64,000 bases of DNA from Centroscyllium fabricii (Eukaryota), in assembly GCA_051313645.2 (NCBI GenBank), contig JBNRSN020000006.1, positions 159,278,001 through 159,342,000 on the forward strand, read 5' to 3'. Position numbers and translations under genes: made by a program. The notes beneath the pieces are model-generated. The model worked only from the letters and a program-made list of their open reading frames with translations, was not told where the DNA came from and did not search any database. Positions 35,428-46,681 of this stretch are shown here, in pieces (within the stretch, counting starts at the first letter, position 1; every line of letters begins with the position of its first letter).

Positions 35428-37456
35428 GGGGCTGTCATTTTCTGGAGTGTCAGTGGGTGGGATTGATGGCGGGTCAGGTGGGAAAGTGGTTTTTTTTTTG
35501 ACAGCGGGTCGCGAACCCTCTGTCAACCCGGCTTTTCCAATGTCGGATCTGTCAGAGCTGAGCAGACCCGACAGGCAGCAGCGGGTGAGCCAATTAAACT
35601 CATTATAATGTACTTAACAGATCCTTGACAGGCCTGTTTAACTTGCTTTTCAACTTTAACTTCATGGCCACAGGAACCACGCTGTTCGAGAACACCACGT
35701 TTGTCAAGCTGAGGTGGGAGTTCAGAGTCCATTGTTCCAGCTGATTACGTGACAGCTTCAAATGTACAGTAAAAGCTCCCACCTGACAGATCTTCACTTT
35801 ACTCAGCCACAAGCTGTTTCTCAGTTCATTTCCAGCACAGATTCTGCAGACTTTCCATTTTCCACTCTCACCTCATTGGAAGAACTCTCTCACCATTGAC
35901 AGAATACTTCTCTCATCTCTACTTCACCTGCCATCTATTCCATCGACATGGGTACCCTTTATACTGTCTCATCTTGGTCCTCAGAATCCGACCACGATCA
36001 TAGAATCCCTACAGTGCAGATAGAGGCCATTTCGGCCCATCGAGCCTGCACCGACACATATCCCACCCTATCCCCGCAAATTTAATCACACAAACACTAA
36101 GGGTCAATTTATCATGGCTAATCAACCTAACGCGCACATCTTTGGACTGTGAGAGGAAACCGGAGCACCCGGAGCAAACCCACGCAGACACGGGGCGAAT
36201 GTGCGAACTCCACACAGATAGTCACCCGAGGCCGGATTTGAACCCGGGCCCCTAGCACTGTGAGGCAACAGTGCTAACCACTATGCCACTGATCAGCCCC
36301 AACACCAGCAGCACCAGGCACACCAGCAGCACCAACAACACCACCAACCTTCTCCCCAATCACCTGATGCTGCACAGGACAGAGGGCATCAGCGCCCCAG
36401 CATACTGCTACCCGGGAGCCCAGGGATGGCCTCACCATGGCCAGATTTACTTCAGTTGACGTTGTACACCCTGGCTGCCACATGACGCACCAGGTCGGCA
36501 CCACCCACACCAACACCATAAAGTATCCCTACAATGTCCAAGCCATTACTTTCACACTCACCACCATTGCGGAGGTACCGTTATGTCTCACCATTCACTA
36601 CAACTCACTAAGCCACTTCCAAAGGTGTACACAAATCTGTCCAAGAACGGAATGTGTTGAAAATAAAGGTTTCAGTGTTTGACACCGCATTAACAGAAAC
36701 TTTATATGAACATTGGCTAAAACACACAAGTGCCTACCCTTTGTGTTGTTAGTTGGTATGATTGCACTAGGAAGAGGGTGAGTGTGAGGGGTGGCTCGTG
36801 AAATGGGAATGTGATAATATAGATAGAGAGGGATGGGTGGAGGTTGAAGATAAGTTGGTGTGAGCAAGGATGTACAGGAGTAGGGTAGGGAAGGCAGAGT
36901 GATGGGGATGTGATGAGAGGCACAGGAGGATAAAGGGTAGTGTGACTTTGCAGTAACGTTTCATGATATAATGAGATCATTGAAACATTTGTGGCACTGC
37001 ACCCAGATCCTCCTGACAACATCCCTGCTAGTAAGTGACCTCCTCTGCAATGTGCAACCAGACTGTGTTGGTCCCCTGGGGAGGTCTCTTCTGCCCATGG
37101 GAAGGGAAGAGAACCTCACTGTGTGCTGTGACTCCCTCCATAAGCATATGGAGAGAGTCATGGGGGAGCCTGGGTGTAGCCCTGCACCTCTGTGCAGTGA
37201 TCGTCAGTGTTTGCAGCACTTCAATGCTGCAGAGCACAGACAGTCCAAATGTCAAAAGTAAGATGGCCATGGTCCCTTTAAGGAAACCGGCTGATGACGC
37301 ATCATAAATGATGTCACCGGGAAACGTGCTGGGCGGGCTTAACAAGCCCTATCAAAGTTATTTATTTTAGGCAGCGGGATGGAGACAGCAGCGGGGTCGT
37401 GATCCGCCACCGACCTCACCCTCACTGGACTCACCGAGGTGAGCAAAATCCCAGCC
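35428..37456 (-). mobile_element. Harbinger element remnant with a Myb/SANT-like exon on the minus strand, interrupted by a SINE
   Basis: Termini GGGGCTGTCATTTT and AAAATCCCAGCC. Remnant at 36961-37180 reads EVLFP...VWLHIAEEVT...RRIWVQCHKCFNDL. Confidence 0.7.
35998..36289 (-). mobile_element. HE1-like V-SINE with a CR1-type 3' tail
   Basis: tRNA-like head, V-domain core (GGAAACCGGAGCACCCGGAGCAAACCCACGCAGACACGGGG) and tail GAGGCCATTTCGGCCCATCGAGCCTGCACC similar to the local CR1 3' ends. Confidence 0.85.
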
Positions 37457-38162
37457 AAAGTGGCTGTTTGAAACTTGCTGAGAAAAAGTTGCTAAATTGC
37501 TTGGGAGAGATTTGCTGAATGCAGGGTCAGATGGTTGGGCAGGAATTCAGAATTGTGATTTATTCATGGAATGACATAGAATACAAACCTGAATTTTCCT
37601 TTTATGAACCAGCACAAGCAAAGACAATTGGATATTCGTGCAAATACTGATTGAGAATAAATAAAGGTTCTGAGCATCTTTTATATTCAGGAGTAGCAGG
37701 AGCTTTTTGTGGCAGTTTGAACATTTACTGAACCACAACCTGCTGAGAGCACAGCAAGTGTCCGCTGGCCTATCTCACAGGGTCTATGAACTGAGGGGGC
37801 CAACACCCTCCTTGTAAGTACATTTTTGTGTTTTATATTTTATTTTTATTTATTTTTCTATTTTGAAATTTATGTTTTTAAAAATTTACGGGTCAATTTT
37901 ACTTTATCGCTGCAGTGTTAGTTTTTGTCAAATTATTTATTTTGTGTTCCTACAACAGTTTGTAAATGTGTACCACACTCTGGTGTAGCATGAGGTTTAT
38001 TTACACAGTCCACAGCTGAACTCAGATGACCTGAGGTTACAAGACTCACTGGCATGGATTACAGATGGTGAAAATCAGAAATGCTAGTTTAAAATGTATA
38101 CACATTCCAATAAGAGCCACATAACTTACATCATTCCACCATTCCTACCCAACACATACATA

Positions 38163-38590
38163 ATCATTGAATCATCGACTCTTACAGCATAGAAAGAGGC
38201 CATTCGGCCCATCGTGCCTGTGCCGGCTCTTTGAAACAGCGATCCAGTTAGTCCCACTCCCCTGCTCTTTCCCATAGCCCTGCAACTATTTCTTTTTCAA
38301 ATATTTATTCAATTTCCTTTTGAAAGTTAGTACAGTATTGAATCTGCTTCCATCACCCTTTCAGGCAATGCATTTCAGAATATAACAACTCGCTGCGTAA
38401 ATAAAATTCTCCTCACTCGCAACCCCTCCCCGGCACAGGCACAATGGGCCAAAGGTCCTCCCTCATTGGTGTATCACTCTATGATTCTACGGTTCTTTTG
38501 ACAATTATATTAAATCTGTGTCCTCTGGTTATCGACCCTCCTGCCACTGGAAACAGTTTCTCCCTATCGACTCTATCAAAACCCTTTATA
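38163..38590 (-). mobile_element. CR1 LINE 3' fragment
   Basis: GAGGCCATTCGGCCCATCGTGCCTGTGCC tail plus decayed ORF2 C-terminal sequence. Confidence 0.7.
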
Positions 38591-39424
38591 TGAGGGGGGC
38601 TACATGTTGCTCAGTCTAAAGTTGGTCAGGAATGGAACATAAACAATTGTGCACATGAAAACGATTTGTTCACACATGTGGAAACGTGAAAAGTGCTCAT
38701 TTCACACTCACACATGCACTTGAACCCATCATGTATATAATTTGTTTTAAATCCAACATTGGAAAACCAGTCTATTTCTGTCAATATGACTGGGAGACCA
38801 GATTGTTCAGTCCAAAATCAGACATCTTCATTGTGCACAATATATCAGTAAAATAGACGGTACTTCTAGGTTGTGCTGGGTTTAGACATCTGCAGACAGT
38901 ACATTTTATCCCTGTCCTCTTTTTATGGTTTAAAAAAAAATTACTGTGTGGCCAAAAAAGCCAATAGAAGTATGGAAGCGATGAAATTGTTATGAGATCT
39001 TGTTATGCAGTGAAGAAATAAATAGAAGCTGGCATCCCTGATTAAACTAGACGTGCTAGTTTCAAAACTGCATTGAAGCCGACTAGTGTGGTGAAGCCTG
39101 TTTACATTCCTGTGGAGGATGGTATTTCCTGTCTGTTCTGCTCCATGTACCCAGTACATCCCAGTTTCAAACTGCTACAGACTGACAATGAGCTATTAGT
39201 GTGACAACAGTACTCACCAAATTCTCTCTTATCACCATTTAATAAATACATCATTCAGGAAGGAAAGGAGCAAAATCTACAACTCGTTGTTATGATTGAA
39301 TTTTGCAAAGTATCCATTAAAGCATAGCATATTTAAGCATAATGTAATACAAAATCCAATGATGTAGAAAATGCTGCTTTATATTTACAATAATAGGATG
39401 GTTCACTAAAGTTTCAGAAGCTCA

Positions 39425-42400
39425 GGGCTGGATTTTGCCAGCCTGGGGAGGCTAGTTTGGAGGCAGGACTGCCGGGAAAATGGCAGAATTTGCAGACGGG
39501 AGCCCAACCCGCCCCCAACCCGCCATCTTGCCAGGAGGCAGATAGCCGACCCGCGCCGGGTCCCGCCTCCTCGAGGCGGTAAGGGGATTAAAGCCAATTA
39601 ACTGTCTGTTAGCAGGTAGTTAAGAGGCAATTTTTTGGCTAATCCCTATTTTGAACCCTGAAGTGTGGGCTTCCCGACAGCTCCGAACCTTGCCACGGTT
39701 AGTGAGGCGGGCCGTCAGTCTGCGGGTGTCGGAGGGGCCAAGATGTCCGGTGTGCAGGTGAGTAATGGGTGCATGTGTGCAGAGGTAAATGTGTGAGGTG
39801 TGTGTAAAGTGTTTTAATAAGTTTTACTTACCTTTACTTCCTGCAGGCTCCCTCCCTTCACGTCTCGGGAGTCCCTCCGCTCACCGGCACAGAAATCAGA
39901 ATGGCTGCTGAACTGTCTGTGATGAACCTTTTGGTGTGGTTCACACTGTACGGTTATTGTATATAGTTTTGTTTAATGTGTTTGTTATATATCTGTTAAT
40001 ATCTGTAGCTTTCTGTAAGGACCTGGACCGGCTGACCCCGCCTCTGGGTACTAGTATAAAGGAGAATGCTCCGCCCACTTATCTCTCATTCCGGGCAGGC
40101 TCATCGGGGACTCGGTTCAGTTCCTTGTGAATAAAAGCAACTTGTTTAAGAACTCGCTGCCGTCTTTGATTTGAGGCATCTCAATTTTATTCACAAGGAT
40201 TTTTTAAATGAACCAGCAACAGCAGAATGAAGATCAACAGCCAGCAACATCTGAGAGTTGGAAGACAGACCTAAAACCAAAAACTCTCGACCTCAACCCC
40301 CAGGCACCGAATGCGTCGAATGCTTTTGAACACTGGCTGAGCTGTTTTGAGTCGTACCTTGTCGTGGCCGGAGTCAGCGACGCGCACAAGAGAAGAGTCC
40401 TGGTCTCCTGCGTGAGTGGCAGGGTGTATTCCATCATTAAGAGCGCCACGGAATACAATGCAGCGATGGAGCTACTGAAGGCTCGATATCTCCAGCCAGT
40501 CAAAGCAGTCTATGCTCGCCATCTACTCGCCACGCGGAGGCAACAGCATGGTGAGTCGAATGAGGAGTACCTGGAGGCTCTTCAAGCTCTTGTTCTACGC
40601 TGCGGATGTGCCCCTGTTAACGCCCAGGAGCACATGGACCTCCTCGTCTGCGATGCCTACGTGGCAGGCATCAGATCGGCCCCAGCCCGCATCCGCCTGC
40701 TCGAGCAGAATAATTTATCCCTAAATGAGGCAGTGAAGCTTTCCAACACGGTGGATGGGGCCCTCCGGAGCCTAGATTCGTACACGGGGCACGGCTCCCA
40801 CATGGTTTCCCCTGGGCCTTGGGACTCACGTTCGACGCCCTCGACGGCGACCGTGGAGGCCACGGCGCCATCTGGACAGCCAGTGCCTCTGAAATGCTCT
40901 TTTTGCGGCCAGAAACGCCATCCCCGAAGCTCCTGCCCAGCGAAGGCATCTTCCTGCTCCAAATGTGGCAAGAAGGGCCATTTTGCGAAGGTCTGCCGAT
41001 CGGCCCCGAAATCAGCCTGGAAAACGGCAGCGGCCTGCGATGTCCACGCCACAGAGAGGCCTCAGGTACCTAGCGCCCACAGCGGCCCTCAGAATGATTG
41101 CCACCTACCTTGCCTCAGATGCGGCCTGCCAACGTCGTTTCCCGCGCTCCGCCATCTTTGGGGGCGCGGGCATCTTCCTCCTCGGGCGTTTCCCGCTCTC
41201 CGCCATCTTTGGGGGCGCGGGCACCTTCTTCTTCGCCGGTTCAGCGCGAAACGCGGCCACCGTCGGGCATCCTGGCAGCAGCGTCCCAGCACAGGACGCC
41301 GCCATCTTTGATGCGGGCAACTCGCATCCCGGCAGCAGCGGCCCCGCCCCATCACGTGACTCCGCCATCTTTGTTTAGGGCAACTCGCATCCCGGCAGCA
41401 GCGGCCCCGCCCCATCACGTGACGCCGCCATCTTCGTTTAGGGCAACTCGCATTCCGGCAGCAGCGGACCCGCCCCATCACGTGACGCTGCCATCTTCAT
41501 TTAGGGCAACTCGCATCCTGGCAGCCCAGCCCAGGGCGCCGCCATCTTTGTTTAGGGCAAGCTTACCTATGCAGGCGGCAGCGGCAACAGACAGCTCAGA
41601 AGAAGCTCCAATGATCCTGGCAGCAGCAACAGGCAACTCCAGGGCAATTCAGCATTCTGGCGCTTGTGCGCCACGAGCCCTTTGGTCCTCCCAACGGCTT
41701 TCTCGGCGACCCACCCAGCGGTCCTCCCAACAGCCCGAAACGCCACCGCGGCCCGCCGCGTGCGAATCACAGGCGCCGCCATCGCTCGCGGACCCTGCAT
41801 TGCACAAGGGCCCCAGCGCGCACACCACACTTGCCTCTACGGCCCTCAACCAGTCTCTCATGTCATCGATGATGCCCATCCGGGTAGAGGGGCACCTCAC
41901 CCAATGTCTGTTCGACACTGGGAGTACGGAGAGCTTCATACACCCTGATACGGGGCGCCGTTATTCCCTCAGGGTTAGGCCCACACATCGTAAAATCTCC
42001 CTCGCCTCCGAGTCCCAGAATGTGGACGTCATCGGCTGCTGTACAGTCACTATTACCGTGAAGGGGACGACATACCGCAACTTTCAACTGTACGTCCTCC
42101 CACAGCTCTGCGCCCCTGTGTTGCTTGGCCTGGACTTCCAGTGCAATCTGCAGAGCGTGACGATGGCGTACAGCGGTCCCCTGCCTCCTCTCACGGTCAG
42201 CAGCCGCAACTGCCCTGCCTCACAACCACACTCCTCTTGCGGTCTGTCTACCTTCAAGATAGACCCCCCCCTCGCAGTTCGCCAACCTTGACCATGACTG
42301 CAAGCCCATTGCAACCAAGAGTCGGCGATACAGCGCAGGGGACCGCACCTTTATCAAGGCAGAGGTTGCTCGGTTGTTGCGGGAGGGCATCATCGAGGCC

Positions 42401-45364
42401 AGGAACAGCCCGTGGCGGGCCCAGGTGGTGGTGGTTAAGTCTGGCGACAAACAGCGCATGGTCATCGACTATAGCCAGACTATTAACCGCTACATTGGGC
42501 TCGACGCTTATCCGCTTCCTAGAATCAATGACATGGTCAATCAGATTGCCCAGTATAAGGTCTTCTCCACCATCGACCTTAAGTCGGCCTATCACCAGCT
42601 CCCCATCAGAGCTGAGGACCGTAAATACACTGCCTTCGAGGCAAATGGGCGCCTTTTTCACTTCCTCCGGGTCCCCTTTGGGGTTACCAACGGAGTTTCG
42701 GTCTTCCAACGAGAGATGGACCGAATGGTTGACCAGTATGATTTGCAGGCCACGTTCCCGTATTTGGACAATGTCACGATCTGCGGCCATGACCAGCAAG
42801 ATCATGATGCCAATTTGAACAGGTTCCTCCGTACGGCCCAGCGTCTCAACCTCACTTACAATGAGGATAAGTGCGTTTTCAACACTATCCTCGGCTACGT
42901 GGCTGAAAAGGGGTCCTCGGCCCCGACCCCGAACGTATGCGGCCTCTTCAGGAGCTGCCCCTACCGCACTCCCCAAAAGCTTTGAGGAGATGCCTGGGGT
43001 TTTTCTCTTACTATGCACAATAGGTTCCCCATTATGCTGATAAGACCTGGCCTCTCCTCAGGGCTACCTCCTTCCCGTTCCTGTTAGAGGCCCAAATTGC
43101 TTTTTCGCATATCAAGCAAGACATCATCAAGGCAACCATGCACGCCATTGATGAGTCTCTCCCCTTCCAGGTCGAAAGAGACGCCTCAGACTTTGCCCTG
43201 GCCGCCACCCTTAACCAGGCAGGCAGGCCCGTTGCTTTCTTCTCCCGTACCCTGCACGGCCCTGAAGTCCGCCACTCTTCAGTGGAAAAGGAGGCCCAAG
43301 CAATCGTGGAAGCAGTGCGCCACTGGCGCCACTATTTGGCCGGTAAACTATTTACCCTTCTTACTGACCAGCGGTCAGTAGCGTTTATGTTCCACCATAA
43401 ACAGAGGGGTAAAATCCATAATGACAAGATCCTCAGGTGGCGGATCTAACTCTCCGCTTTTGAGTACGACCTTCTGTACCGGCCAGGGAAGCTTAACGAT
43501 CCCCCGGACGCCCTGACCCGAGGAACGTGTGCCAGCGCCCAGTCGGGTAGTCTGAACACCCTCCACGCTAATCTCTGCCACCCGGGGGTCACCAGGCTCG
43601 CTCACTTCGTCAAATCACGCAATCTCCCTTATTCCATTGCGGAGATCAAGGCGATGACGCAGGAGTGCCCTGTCTGTGCTGAGTGCAAGCCCCAGTTTTA
43701 CAGGCCTGACAGGGCGCTCCTCATCAAGGCCACCCGCCCATTCGAGCGCCTGAGTGTGGACTTCAAAGGTCCCCTCCCCTCTACCAACCGTAACTCGTAC
43801 ATTCTCACTGTGGTCGATGAGTTCGCCCATTTTCCTTTTGCATTCCCATGCCCAGATATGACGCGTGCAACAGTGATAAAGCATTTTATCACGCTATTCG
43901 CCATTTTCGGCCTTCCCGGCTTCATACACAGCGACCGGGGGTCCTCATTTATGAGTGACGAACTGCGTCATTTTCTGCTCGTGAGGGGGGTTGCCTCGAG
44001 CAGAACGACCAGTTACAACCCCCGGGGGAACGGTCAGGTAGAACGTTATAATGGGACCATCTGGAAGGCCATCACCCTGGCCCTTCGATCCAAAGGCCTT
44101 CCAACCTCCCATTCGCAGGAGGTCCTCCAGGATGCGCTCCATGCTACCCGTTCCCTCTTGTGCACAGCCTAGGAAATCGACTTCGGGGACGTCTCTGCCG
44201 ACGTGGCTTACCAACCCGGGGCCGGTTTTGCTTAGAAGGCATGTCCGTGGACACAAGACGGGACCCTCTTGTCGAACGTGTGTGCCTGCTGCATGCCAAC
44301 CCTCAGTATGCCTACGTGGCGTACCCAGACGGGCGTGAGGATACCGTCTCGATTAGAGACGTTGCGCCCGCTGGAGACGTTCACTCTGAGTCGTTGGCGG
44401 AGCCCTTGCCCTCCCAGGTCACATTTTCACAAATGGGGCCGTCTTTTCATTCACCTGCGCACACTACATTGGGGCCCTCGTCACTCCCAATGCACGACGG
44501 AGCTCATCATGTTGCTCAGCCTACTCTTCCGCCAGCTGCTACACCTCCACCAGATCTTCCTGTGCCTGAGGTACCTCTTCCACCGGTGGAGTCTCTGTTC
44601 ACGTCGGGAGCCCTGTCAGCGTCTTTTCCGATTACGACTACTCCCGCTTCTTCGCCAGAACCGACACTGCCTCGCCGATCTGATCGGACTGTTAAACCTC
44701 CACAAAGACTTATAACACAGTGCTGATATTCGCCCCGCGGGACTTGTTTTTAAGGAAGGGGTGAATGTGATGAACCTTTTGGTGTAGTTCACACTGTACG
44801 GTTATTGTATATAGTTTTGTTTAATGTGTTTGTTAATATCTGTACCTTTCTGTAAGGACCTGTACCGGCTGACCCCGCCTCTGGGTACTAGTATAAAGGA
44901 GAATGCTCCACCCACTTATCTCTCATTCCGGGCAGGCTCATCAGGGACTCAGTTCAGTTCCTTGTGAATAAAAGCCACTTGTTTAAGAAATCGCTGCCGT
45001 CTTTGATTTGAGGCATCTCACTGTCAAAAGCTGCAGCCTTCTGCTTTTGGTCAGGAAGGCTTTCTAATTGAGTCTTGATTAAAGACACAATTTAGAAGAC
45101 AGACTGTCAGTGTTTGACAGCTTCACAGAGCTGTCAAACGATGATATTTCATCTGTCAAAAGCTCTTGACGGATGAAATGACACTTGCTGACGTCACCAG
45201 TCACCGGCTTTCCGTTAATTGGCCTGCGAAGCCCGTTGGGCGGGTTTAACAAGGTCAATCAAGGGAAAATAGCGTGAGTTGGCCATAAGTCGATGGAGGC
45301 GGGACTAAAACCCAACAAGTGGGAGTCCCGCCTCCAAAAGCTCCCCATTGACAAAATCCAGCCC
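39425..45364. mobile_element. Non-autonomous Harbinger element (about 830 bp) split by LTR element E
   Basis: TIR GGGCTGGATTTTG(C/T)CA at both ends and a 3-bp TSD TCA at 39422-39424 and 45365-45367. Confidence 0.85.
39918..45020 (+). mobile_element. Full-length but degenerate Gypsy LTR retrotransposon E
   Basis: LTRs 39918-40183 and 44766-45020, TSD CTGTC, PPT AAGGAAGGGGTGAA. Gag from 40208 with two CCHC knuckles, protease DTGS, RT YLDN, RNase H and integrase fragments with stops and frameshifts. Confidence 0.96.
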
Positions 45365-45559
45365 TCAAGAGTCTGACATTTACAGTAACCATACAGTAGT
45401 AGCCACCAGTAACACCAAACAGACCTATTGAGATGAGCGTTCAACAAATTAGTTATAACATAAACGAGAATGAGGGTATATAGGGTGAAATTATGAAATT
45501 AACCAGACAGATTTCCATAGAACAAAAAGAAAAGAAGATAGCCTTCTAACCTATCACAG

Positions 45560-45760
45560 ACCTTCCCTTTTGTTCTTTCATCCCCTCCCGCCTTTCCCAG
45601 CCCTGACACTTGCTTAAAAATCTGTACCATTTCCTGCTTTTTTCCAGTTCTAACGAAAGGTCATCGACCTGAAACGTTAACTCTGTTTCTCTCTTCACAG
45701 ATGCTGCCTGACCTGCTGAGTATCTCCAGCATTTTCTGTTTCTATTTCAGATTTCCATAG
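45560..45760 (+). mobile_element. Penelope-like element fragment with a degenerate minimal hammerhead motif
   Basis: CTAACGA-AAGGTC-ATC-GACCT-GAAAC-GTTA followed by ACAGATGCTGCCTGACCTGCTGAG. Related sequence recurs at 58315-58420 and 63697-63820. Confidence 0.65.
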
Positions 45761-46681
45761 AACTTTTAACATTTCCAATGGTATACATTTAATTTGGGAA
45801 CACACTCAAAATTAAATAGAGCAGCCAGTGTTGGTCTGGAATATGTCGAAGGACCCCACTTAAAGTAGTACGTAGCTTCAAACTTTTAAAAGACAGTATA
45901 TCAGTGCGTTAAGTTCCTAGCTCTGAATATTCGTGGCCCTTCAAGATGTCCCAAAGGAAAAAAGGACTGGGGTACAAAAATGTAACATTTTGGCTGGCTG
46001 GGAGATTTTCATGTGAGGTGGGAAGACCATCGTAATTTTCTATAAACTCCTGGATACTGTGGGAAGTTTTGAGAATATGATGGGACATAATATATTAAAC
46101 TGCACATTTACTTACATGTCCATGTGGAATGAGAAGACATCATTAGTAATAACTACATTCCTCTTACTTGCTACTTTGCAGTGGTTTGGAATTTAACGGT
46201 AGCTTCATTAATCCCATAGTTACAGCAGAGAAGATGCACAAAGTGAGCAGGAAAGTTGAGCTCGAAAGGAGTATGGATCAGAAATAAAACTGCAACATTT
46301 TAGCCCCAATTCTCCCTGCGACTGCAGCTCACTACTGGGAGTGTGGGACTGCAGAATTATTCAAATATTTAGTCTCATTTCTAAAATCAGTGTCTATTCT
46401 GACAGAATAAATAGTCTAAAATACCGAGAACTTTAAAAATTATACATTATATAAGTATTGAGCTGATTAGAATTTTAGTCCATCTGAATACGACATAAAT
46501 TAACTGAGAAGATTTTTCTTTTTTATGTCAAAGCATCAACAGCCCACACCTGCAGGGTCTAGACTTTGTCATTCTTGCCCTTCCTGTACACATCGTACAA
46601 GCAGGCCATCTGGCTAGCCTGTTTCCTGTTGGATACTGACATTCTTTCAAACAATTAAAACTTGTGCATACAAATGACCAC

